Shown: piece after piece, positions 52,880 through 64,000 of the stretch
How the letters are laid out: every line of letters starts with the position of its first letter
How positions within the stretch are numbered: position 1 is the stretch's first letter
NCBI GenBank assembly: GCA_951406725.2
Contig: OX597836.1
Coordinates: 5,890,001-5,954,000 of the forward strand
Reading direction: 5' to 3'
Length of the DNA: 64,000 nucleotides
Source: Octopus vulgaris
Taxonomy: Eukaryota
Translations under genes and position numbers: made by a program
Notes under the pieces: model-generated
What the model saw: only the letters and a program-made list of their open reading frames with translations
What the model was told of the DNA's origin: nothing
Database searches by the model: none

Positions 52880-53617
52880 TAGAGAGGGAGAGGGGGTGGG
52901 ATGGGTGAGGAGTGGGGAGAGAAGGTAGTAGGAGATAGTGGGGGGAAAGGTGAGAGTAAGGGGGATCGAGGGAGAGGTTGTATGCAGTGACTTCTCTGTG
53001 TTGGACTGACAGAGAGGAAGAAACAGAAGGATAGATAGAGGGGGAGAGAGAATGTGAAAGAGAGAGTGAGGGAGGGAGAGAGAGAGAGAAAGGCAGTGAG
53101 ATAGAGAGAACGACTGAGAAATACGGCGATATACAGAGAGAGGAAATGTGAGAGAGATAAAGGGAGATTGATAGATATCGAAGAGAGAGGGAGAGAGAGT
53201 GGTGGACAAAGAATAAAGAATTTAGGAGCGAGAGAGAGAGAGATGAAGAAGGGTTCTTCTTGTATATTGTGGGCAGAAAGCGAAAGAGAGAGAGAGAGAG
53301 AGAAGGAAGGAAAATGAGAGGATGTAAGAATAAAAAGAAGATGGAAGACAAGCAGAGAAATAGCAAGAGAGAGAGAGTGAAGGTGAAAATGGGAGAGAGA
53401 GAGAGAGAAGGTGAAACGAAGAGAAATCATCGAAAGTGAAAAGGATAGAGAGAAAGAACAAAGTTGAAAAGCTGAGTCAGAGAGAAAAAGAGAGAGAGAA
53501 AATGGAAATGAGAGAGAGATAGAAAGTGAAAAGAGAGAGAGATAGAAAGTGAAAAGGAGAGAAACATAGAGAAAGAGAGCAAAGATGAAGAGGAAAGAGA
53601 GACAGAAAGAGACAAAA

Positions 53618-53659
<42 letters not shown>

Positions 53660-53858
53660 TGAAGGTGAAAACGAGAGAGAGAGAGAGTGACGGAATCAGA
53701 GAGAGAGCAAAGGTGAAACGAAGAGAAATACAACAAACGTGAAAAGGATAGAGAGAGAAAGAATAAAGTTGAAAAAGCCGAGAGAGAGAGAAAGAAACAG
53801 AGAGAGAGAGAGAGAGAGAGAGGGACGGAGAGACGGGGAGAGAGTGAGACAGCCAGAC

Positions 53859-53889
<31 letters not shown>

Positions 53890-54030
53890 TAGGGAGAGTA
53901 ACATGTAGATAAAGAAAGAAAGCAACGGAACACGAACGGAGAGAAGCGAAGACGAATAAACAAAAAAAAAGCCAAAATAGAGAGAGAAAAAAAATAAAGA
54001 GCAAAAATAAAAAAAAGAACAAACCAAAAA
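52880..54030. repeat. ~1.1 kb polypurine tract with internal ~280-300 bp duplication
   Basis: GTGAAGGTGAAAA..AAGGTGAAACGAAGAGAAAT..GTGAAAAGGATAGAGAG..AAAGTTGAAAA at 53377-53470 and 53659-53775. Confidence 0.85.
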
Positions 54031-54295
54031 GCGACCATTTTATGACAATTTCATTGAGTAACAGACCATTCGGATGCTAATTATACAATATGGGAAGCTA
54101 TTAATAGACGGTGCGATAGGTTTGTTTGTTGGTGGAGAGGTTGGAGCGCTTCTTAAAACCCTTAGATTATGGCTAAACGAGTAGACATATTATGAAATGT
54201 GTTCCTTCCGTGGCCAGCCAATCAATTTTTTTTTGTATTTTTTTTTATTTTTGCCAGATATAGTGCATCTGGGTCAATATTGTAAGATGTGCTGA

Positions 54296-54332
<37 letters not shown>

Positions 54333-54337
54333 TAGAT

Positions 54338-54371
<34 letters not shown>

Positions 54372-54504
54372 AGATGTGTATATATATATATATTTATATG
54401 TATATATATAGATATATGTATATATATAAATATATATGTATGTATATATTAATATATACATATCTATGTATATATATGTATATATATGCATATATACATA
54501 TATA

Positions 54505-54654
<150 letters not shown>

Positions 54655-54835
54655 GGTAGTAAGGTGCTATTTCTAGACGATTCTGTTGCTACGAAGAAGC
54701 TCTTCTGAGGAAGCTGTTTGTTTTACGTTTGGTCATTTAACTTCGTCTTATCTCTGATCGAAAGACCTAAGATCAAAGGCGTTGTAACCGTGACCACCTC
54801 ATTAAACTCATTATATACCTTTTATCTTTTTATCT

Positions 54836-55040
54836 ATTACTTGTTTCAATCATTAGACTGCGGCCTTGCTGGGGCACTGCCTTGAAGGGTTTTATTGAAC
54901 GAGTCGACCCCAGTAGATATTTTTATTGCAAGCTGGGTACTTAGTTGATCGGAATATTTTGCCGAACCGCTAAGTTTATGAGAGATAAATACACCAGTAC
55001 TGGTTGTCAAGTAGTGACAGGGGACAAACAGAGACACAAA
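54836..55040 (-). mobile_element. SINE family A, 3' half
   Basis: Reverse complement of family A tail. Confidence 0.7.
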
Positions 55041-55075
55041 GATGCGCCCACATACACGTATAGACACACACTCAC

Positions 55076-55156
<81 letters not shown>

Positions 55157-55296
55157 TGAGGAACTTCTTCCAATTTCCGAACATCTCATAAAAGGGGATG
55201 TAAATCTTGGAAAAGGGACTCTGTTGAACCTAGTTGCTATGTTTATTGCTCACGCAATTAATCAAACAATATTTTAACTGGTTAACCAACTGACTA

Positions 55297-55558
55297 ATTT
55301 TGATGTATTTGGGGAGAGTGATTCTCTGTTAGTGCCCTATTATTTTTCCTAAAATCTTCCCAAAACTTTCGTTGCGTCTTGGAACTTTTTCAATACTCAT
55401 TGACTACAGAAAAGAGTAAACGACTATTGAAAAATTTGCAAGACGCAACGAAAATTTACAGGAAAATAAATAAGAAAATGAGTTGAAAATTTATCAGTGA
55501 GTGTGTTAAATAATAAGGCACTGAAAAAATAAATGACTCTGGCCAGACACAACAAAAT
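55297..55558. repeat. imperfect fold-back (inverted repeat) element
   Basis: TTTCGTTGCGTCTTGGAACTTTTTCAATA (55367-55395) vs TATTGAAAAATTTGCAAGACGCAACGAAA (55425-55453); outer AGTGCCCTATTATTT vs AAATAATAAGGCACT. Confidence 0.75.
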
Positions 55559-55851
55559 ATGCTTCAAGACACGAACTTATATAAGGAATCTTGCAAACCA
55601 AATCCAAAAACGTAGTCGACTAATACTAATTTAAAAAACAAGTCAAACAGAACCAATTGGTGTCTCTTATCACTGGCATAATAACTTTTTCAAGATATAA
55701 TGATCCCATTTCTAGACAAAAAAATATTTGAACTGAAAAAGTTTGTTTACTCCAGTAGTTCTTTCACTCAGGATCGATATGAACCTCTGAGGGTCCATAT
55801 ACAATTTTTTGGTGTGCATGAAAAGAAAATATTAAGCTAGAGTTTTAGGGG

Positions 55852-56024
55852 CAGGGCTGTATTAATAGCTTTGTAGGTCTCCGGGTAAATCAAATCATTA
55901 TGTGCTGTATTATTTATTTATTCATTGACTGCAGATCACAGGCTGCACAGATGAGAATTGGGCCCTAAACCTGTGAGACCCCTGGGTAAATGCCCCACTG
56001 TTCCGATGCCTTAGGACGGTGCTG
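55852..56024. mobile_element. small hAT-type MITE
   Basis: Ends CAGGGCTGTATTAA / TTAGGACGGTGCTG; flanks TTTAGGGG and TTTAAGGG (7/8 TSD match). Confidence 0.6.
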
Positions 56025-56220
56025 TTTAAGGGACCATAAATACATTTCGGTTTTTAGTGTATTTATTGTGGGAAACAAAGAGGTTTCTTTCTATAACGCT
56101 TTGCGTATCTCAACGTGTTTCATGTCAGCGAAACATATTCTCCCAGAAAGGGATTCTGCAAGATAACACAAGGGAATTTGTGATAGAAGTTTCGTTAAAC
56201 ATGGTATGTCTGTGAGGGAG

Positions 56221-56453
56221 GGCGGCGAGCTGGCAGAATCGTTAGCACGCCAGGCGAAATGCTTAGAGGTATTTCGTCTGCCGCTACGTTCTGAGTTCAA
56301 ATTCCGCCGAGGTCGACGTTGCCTTTCATCCTTTCGGGGTCGATTAAATAAGTACCAGTTGCGCACTGGAGTCGATATAATCGACTTAATCCGTTTGTCT
56401 GTCCTTGTTTGTCCTCTCTGTGTTTAGCCCCTTGTGGATGGTAAAGAAATAGG
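56221..56453 (+). mobile_element. SINE family B (monomer, young)
   Basis: Complete head, B-box, central domain and tail. Confidence 0.9.
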
Positions 56454-56526
56454 TATTATCTATTAGGGTCTACCGGAGTAAAATAGTAATTAAAGGGGCT
56501 TATAGGGGGAAAAAGTAGCTGAGGAG

Positions 56527-57073
56527 CAGTGATTGTTCCCAACGTGAACGCTATTGCTCCCTTGGGGTGGTGGAATGTTCCAAGGGGGTGTTGAAGAAAA
56601 GTGGGGCATTAATAGGGAGGCGATTCATGTAAAAACAACATTAGGTTAAGTGGCATTCTTTCGATATAACTCGACAAAACCAAAACATTTCACTTGGGGT
56701 ATTTCTGTGGGTTGTGGAGTATGGATATAACGTAATTATTCCAGCAATGTCTCATTTTAAACTTGAAGAAAAAAGGCCTTGCATATTTGTTCTTACCTGT
56801 TTCAGGTGTGTATGTAAAATCCGCAAATTTCCAAGCAGAAAACAGAATCGAATTGTCATTTACTTCCACGGAAATACCCAAAGTGAAATATTTTGATTTT
56901 GTCGAGTTATATCGAAAGAATGCCGGTTAAGTTTTATTTGTGAAATACATTTGCTTTGAATTTGCTTCAGAAAGAGGTTTAGGTTTGTGATGGTTAGTTG
57001 AGTGGGGGAGGCTCTCCGGGAATGTGGTCTGAGTGTCGAGTGGGGAGCATCCTGAAAAAGTTTAGGAACCACT
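56527..57073. mobile_element. hAT-type non-autonomous element hosting a nested MITE
   Basis: Starts CAGTGATTGTTCCCAAC, ends AAGTTTAGGAACCACTG; no TSD recognised. Confidence 0.5.
56652..56924. mobile_element. MITE with ~59-bp TIRs and 8-bp TSD (Merlin-like)
   Basis: TIR GGCATTCTTTCGATATAACTCGACAAAA.. at 56652-56710 and its inverse at 56866-56924; TSD GGTTAAGT at 56644-56651 and 56925-56932. Confidence 0.85.
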
Positions 57074-57550
57074 GGTTTACATGATAGACACAAATAAATG
57101 CATATATGTAGATGGAGACAGGGAAACTTTACGCTGATACTACATATTAGCATTCAAATTCTGCCCGTATAATGAGTTTTTGCGATATCGTCCACAAACC
57201 AAGACGCAAGATAATGCAATCAATAAAAAGAGCCAACATTTATCAGCCACGTGTATTGGAACAGACTGATATACGAAGCAAAAGGGCAAAATATTAAGAC
57301 GTACGCCGTGATAAAGACATTTGCTGCCACGACTATTAAAAACACACACAAGCCACGCAGAAAGTGAATTACATGAATTAAATAGCGCATATACACAATA
57401 TATAGAAAAGATGAAGACACAATCAATGACAGCCAAGCATTTGCAGCGACGTCGCTTTTTGATCCTTCGATATCGGCATTTCCTATCTTTGCGAAACAGA
57501 ATTCGCGAAGCGCTGGGTTATATATATATATGTGTATCTGTGTGTGTATG

Positions 57551-57589
<39 letters not shown>

Positions 57590-57614
57590 GTATGTATATG
57601 TATATGTATGTATG

Positions 57615-57646
<32 letters not shown>

Positions 57647-58006
57647 CGTATGTATGTATGTATGTATATGTATATGTATATGTATGTAAATATATATAAT
57701 CTATGTATGTACCTATGTTTATATATGTATATATATATACATTTATATATATGTATGTATAAATATGTATAAATATATATGTATATATATATATATACAT
57801 GAATGAGAAAAAGAAGAAAATGGAGAAATTGGCTTATAAGACATCAGTTTATTCAAAGATATTCAAATCAATCTAATATGAAACGCTTATCCCTACAGCC
57901 GTTTTCACTGACCACGGGTAGAGACCGGAGAACTAGGGTGTAAAAATCCCTGAAAGGATTATAGGTTCTTGGCATAATTTTATATACCTACATACATATA
58001 TGTATG

Positions 58007-58051
<45 letters not shown>

Positions 58052-58055
<4 letters not shown>

Positions 58056-58256
58056 CCTTCTGGTCTTTCAAAATGTCACCACGTGTGTACCCTTCTCTGG
58101 ATCTTTCCTTCTCCTATGTTTCCGACGAAGAGCTCCGCTCGAAACGTTAGACCCTCCTTCTTTCCTTCTTTCCTTCTTTCCTGACCGTCCAATAATACTA
58201 TATTTGTTCCACGTCCTCGCGTTGTTGTGTTTTTTAGTACTTTCATGTTTGGATTA

Positions 58257-58260
<4 letters not shown>
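58052..58260 (+). mobile_element. hammerhead-bearing element family P2, flanked both sides by (TA)n
   Basis: GTTT-CCGACGA-A-GAGC-TCC-GCTC-GAAA-C-GTT|AGAC at 58118-58152. The tail CCTCGCGTTGTTGTGTTTTT matches the reverse complement of 18386-18403. Confidence 0.75.
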
Positions 58261-58307
<47 letters not shown>

Positions 58308-58825
58308 GCTTAAAAAATCGAATTTCTTCACTAATCGTTCATATTTGAGTATAGTCGTGCACACACACACACACTCCCACACACGCATGCATGTCAACAC
58401 ACAAACTCCCACGCAAACACATGCACAGACATGTTAATTTTTCATCTCATTTAATTTCATAATTGAGCAATTATTATCATTTGTTATATTGTTCTCCGTT
58501 AATGTCGTCGTCGTCATATTTGTTATTGTTGTTGTTGCTGTTCCCATTGCTGTCGTGGTTGTTTGCAGTGATGTTGTCATATTTGTTGTTGTTGTTGTTG
58601 TTGCTCTTTGTATTGTATTCTTTATTGTGGTTGTTATTTTTGGCTATTTTTGGAATGAATTTTTTTTTAGGTATTTATTCTTTTGTTTTGGGGTTTGTTT
58701 TGTTTTAGTTATTTATTTGTTTATCTAATTATTTTCGTTCTGTATTTATCATTCAAGCTTCACCCACATTAGTACTTGTGTGATCCATTTGTTTATATAC
58801 ATAAACACATACACACACACATACA

Positions 58826-58867
<42 letters not shown>

Positions 58868-58888
58868 CATAAATATATATAAATATAC

Positions 58889-58919
<31 letters not shown>

Positions 58920-58985
58920 TATATATATGTATATATGCACACACATACACACACACGCGCGCGCACACAGACACATACACACACA

Positions 58986-59072
<87 letters not shown>

Positions 59073-59726
59073 CACGCCTCAACGAGTGAATTTCCTACAC
59101 TCCTACGCTCCGATGAATGCATGTATGTAAATGTGCGTGCGTGTGTGTGTGTGTGAGTGTGTGTGTGTGAGTGTGTGTGTATAGTCATGCGTAAATATGT
59201 ATTTATGCATAGAAATTTACATCATATATTCATCCATTATTAAATTGAACAAAAATCTAATTTTTTTTTTCCTGAAATATGAAAAGAATGGAGGTGTATG
59301 AACGAAAATGGTAAACTTCTTTTAGATGTGGCATGCTGGCATCACGGATAACTGAAGCAGCATATGATAGAGTGTTCTTGTGTTCTTGTGTTCTCTAAAA
59401 GAGAAAATGGTATTGTTACAACGATATCGGAATGGCATTGGATTAAATCATCGAAACGCGTGGTAAATTTTTCAAACCTCTTTATGTGTGCATTAAGAGG
59501 GGACACACACAAACCCACACAACACGCACTGACACGCACACAGATACACACACACACACATACAGACACACAAACATACACACACTAACAGACACACACA
59601 CGCGTAGACATCTACACATACACGCAAACACATACATATACGTACATGTGACATACATATAAATCCATACATACATACAGACATTCATATCCACGCACAA
59701 ATACACACACACACACACATACACAC

Positions 59727-59785
<59 letters not shown>

Positions 59786-59914
59786 AGACACTAAGATACC
59801 CACGCTCATGTTTGGATGCACGCAAAATAGTATATATATATATATACTCACGTGCATATATGTGTATCTGTATATTTTTGCATATAGGTATTTATAATTT
59901 CTCCATATAAGCAT

Positions 59915-59954
<40 letters not shown>

Positions 59955-59965
59955 ATGTGTGTGTG

Positions 59966-60032
<67 letters not shown>

Positions 60033-60506
60033 ATTTATATATGTATTTATAATTGTATGTACATATGTATGTATGGACATAACGGATGGAGGAATCGATG
60101 GATATAGAGACGCATGTGCATCATTCAGGCATTCGTACAAGCGACGGGTCTGTATGCTTCGCAGGATAATATAGGCACCAACAAACAATATTAAGTAGAC
60201 GCTAGAGCGCAAGTCATTCCCATTTAGGGCTTATGCGTCAGGGAAAATACCACGCTCGTTTTGTACCACGTCTTTTTATGACGATTACAATTACTGCCGC
60301 GGTCAACCTTGCGTTTCATCTCGTGAGATCGATAAAATGTGGTGCCAGAAAAGAGGTGACATCGATGTTTAGTGTTTTTTTCTTTTCAGAACTCTTGATT
60401 CCTTTTCCTTCTCGTTAATTTTTCTTCTTTTGTCTGCTGAAAGATTTGCGAATGCTACCTGTCTTTTGTGTTCGGTTACGTGGCTCTATATCATGCCTCC
60501 TGTTAA

Positions 60507-60670
60507 GGCGGCGGAGCTGGCAGAATTCTAAGCTTACCATATGAAATACTTAACGACGTTTCGACCATCTTCACGTTCTGAGTTCAAATGCTGCACGTGG
60601 TCGACTTGTTCAGCTAAACCATTCAAGGCGGTGCCCCAGCATGACCGCAGTTCAGTAACTGAAGCAGTTA
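60507..60670 (+). mobile_element. chimeric SINE: family B head + family A tail
   Basis: GGCGGCGGAGCTGGCAGAAT..GTTCTGAGTTCAAAT then AAGGCGGTGCCCCAGCATGACCGCAGTTCAGTAACTGAA. Confidence 0.65.
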
Positions 60671-62734
60671 AGCTGTATAGGATTAACGCAATTACTACAA
60701 TAACAACCTCAATGACAACAAAATCATCAACATCAATAAATCAATAACGCATGAGTTATCCAGGATGCTTTTATATGCTCAGCCGACATAGAAATTACTG
60801 ACAAAGCGCTTTAAATCGTACCTAAGTAACTTACAATAAAGAAAGAACGCATTCGATAATGTAAAAGTGCAAATGGTTAAAGATGACATTTGTTGCTTAC
60901 GATACAAAGGTGTTTCGTTTTAGGTTTACATGATCGGAATTAAGCTAGATGTTACAAGTTTACTAACAAATAGATGAAGAACTATTAAGATAGATAACTG
61001 AAGGGCTGCAATTTGAACTGGTCCAACAGCAATGTCGTAGGTAACAATGATGTCAATAGAATCCCACAATTAGGAGCACTTCCCGCCGAAATTCAAGGAA
61101 AACCTGCTCCTTTTTTAAATTTAAAATTGATATATTACTACGTGAATGAGCGAGGTTGTTACGTAGCTAGCTAAAAGGAGATGCGAAAGAGGGAGAGAAG
61201 AGTGCAAGCGGTGAGAGCAAGAAGAACCAGTTGATATTATTTGATATAAAAATAGAAATAATTGATCATAACTCTCAAGTCAGAAGCGGTGACAAATGTA
61301 TAAAGGTGAATATATACAACTCCTGCAATTTCACCTTCAATATTCTCTATGTCGACTTCGCAGATTCCTAACAAATAGAAAAGCCACATTTTCAAAATGA
61401 ATTATGAATTTCATCGTTATCTTAAGATTTAAACAATCTCATAGTTTATTTATTAATTTATTTATTCATTTGGAAATAACAGTAATAATATTTGTTGAAA
61501 CTTTAGCGAGGTGCAGTCTTAGAACGGATATTATAGATAATGTCTTCGATTTTGTTACTTAGTTAACAATGGTAACTTCATGAGAAAGACTAAAAAATAT
61601 AACCAGCAAATAGAAGTGTGTATTGTTGTCTCTTCTTCCTTCACTTTCATTACAAAGTATGAGGATTTCTACACCGTCTCAAGAAATATATGCTTCAGAA
61701 AAACAAACAATTACGTCTTATGATTTTCAAAATAACCGTGGAAATATTACACAACACTTTACAAGCGCACACACACCCATATACATAAACATTTACGTAT
61801 ATGCATATATATATATATATACATATGTGTGTGCGTGTGAGTATGTGTGTGTCTGCGTGTGTGCTTACACATGCATATATACAGGCATATATGTACACGT
61901 AAGTGTATACATACCTACATGAATACAAGAATAAATAGCAATTAAATATCTGTAACAGTATTTCAACGTATCTATGTATCTATGTATGTATATATATATA
62001 TGTGTGTGTGTGTATATATGAATGTATGTATGTATATCTATCTCTCTCTCTCTCTCTTTCTCTCTTTCTCTCTCTCTCTCTCTATATATATATATACAAA
62101 CATACATGAATGAAATGAATAAAATAGTCAATAATTTAAAATACAATACAGGAAGCGCACGGACGAATAGGGTGTTATTTTAACACTTGAATTAATGTCA
62201 GCGTGTAAGCTCGCTCGAACCTGTGTACGTGGTATGTGCGTTCGTATATGCGTACATAGAGACAGGCAGACGTATAAAAGTACACGCGAGTGATTAATAA
62301 TAGAAAGGCAGTTCTAACAACACAAATACGAACTTCTATCATGCATTCCGCTCGCACGTACGGCATTGCAAAAATACACACACATATACAAACTCAGACA
62401 CACAAATACAGAGATACATAGAGCCAGTATACATATAAAGACACACGCACAAACATCACCAGAAACATTTCTGCCTAGAGGCAATTCATCAACATTTATA
62501 TCGTAACTAATGGCGGCAGTGTTAAGTCGAAAAAAAGCAGCCATTTTGCGAAGGCAATGCGTGGCATACATACGTAAAGGCACTCATTCACACCCATACG
62601 CATACATGCATATACACTGAATGACATGCTAACACACAAACACACACACACACACACAATAACACACACACATATATACATATATGTATGTATATATGGG
62701 CATATATATATACACACACATATATATATATACG

Positions 62735-62812
<78 letters not shown>

Positions 62813-62835
62813 CATATATATAAATATGTAGATAT

Positions 62836-62886
<51 letters not shown>

Positions 62887-62937
62887 GCATACATGCATAA
62901 ATAAACCTATATATGTACATATATACATACACACAAG

Positions 62938-62968
<31 letters not shown>

Positions 62969-62970
62969 TA

Positions 62971-63104
<134 letters not shown>

Positions 63105-63738
63105 GGCACACTCTTCTCTAATCAGAACCGAGCAGCTATCTGTAACACCTCTTTCTGCGGTGTCTGTTGCACACGTTTCCACTTCTGTTGCCATTACTTT
63201 CCGCACAAGTTTTGCTTCTAATGATAATTATGTTGTTTACCCACACGGCGTGTTTTAGTGACGTCATCAATACGTCTTGCATTGCGTGTACAATTTCGTC
63301 TTGCGTGAACTCGCAATGTGCTGATTGCGTTGCGTGGGTGTTTATACCTGCATATATTTAGAAGCTGAAATGGAAAGCTATTAGTGATCATCTATCTATA
63401 CACACGAACGCAAGACACTCACACGCAAACAGGCACAGACACACAGACACACAGACACACACACAATCACACACATAAATACACTCACGAATATATGTTG
63501 GGCAATTTAGAATTTAAATTGCGCCAGTGATAGCCGATGTTTAGAAATCCGTTTGATTTGACGTTCGCTTTATTGTATGTTTATCATTTGTTGTGAATCT
63601 GGGGTATGGTTGTTTCACAGACTTCATGTGGGAAATCAAACAAAATATGAGAGACAGTTTAGAATATACTTTGTTACAACGTGCGTTACATTAAAACCTC
63701 GATTTAATGAAACATGTGTAAGATGCTGTGACTTGGTA

Positions 63739-63807
<69 letters not shown>

Positions 63808-63846
63808 TAGATAGATAGGGAGAAATAAAGAGAGGTAGACATACAT

Positions 63847-63903
<57 letters not shown>

Positions 63904-64000
63904 AATACACACACACACCATGATATATCGCTAACCACAACACACATTCTTTTCTCTTCCTGTTTCTTTCTGTGTTCCTTTCTGTGGTAGAGCGTAGGCT

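Noticed and set aside
52846-54027. Longest ORF (393 aa, S/L/F-rich, minus strand)
   Set aside because: Arises from a polypyrimidine strand that rarely forms stops; overlapping ORFs exist in all three frames.
57800-57990. Minus-strand GAAAACGGCTGTA resembling the 13131-type stem III
   Set aside because: No correctly oriented CUGANGA upstream; at best a truncated relic.

Overview
Very AT-rich, microsatellite-saturated eukaryotic non-coding DNA, either a large intron or an intergenic region. The repeat repertoire looks like an Octopus (coleoid cephalopod) genome; this is from recall, not a database search. I find no credible host protein-coding gene, and almost all ORFs in the track are translations of (TA)n/(CA)n/(TCTA)n/(GA)n/trinucleotide arrays. 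The informative content is: (1) about 35 copies or fragments of four tRNA-derived SINE families (called A-D here), including tandem multimers, chimeras and head-to-head inverted pairs; (2) decayed 3' ends of LINEs (RTE-type, an R4/Dong-like restriction-like-endonuclease element associated with (TATG)n, possibly an RNase H-type element); (3) non-autonomous DNA transposons with visible TIRs/TSDs, some nested; (4) most strikingly, at least five families of short non-coding elements inserted in or beside (TA)n arrays that carry minimal type-I hammerhead ribozyme motifs (C[U/C]GANGA...GAAA...NUH). Four copies (31.1, 33.0, 35.3, 38.1 kb) are near-perfect fold-back palindromes whose inversion point lies in or next to the ribozyme. 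They resemble Penelope-like element termini or retrozyme-like non-autonomous elements.
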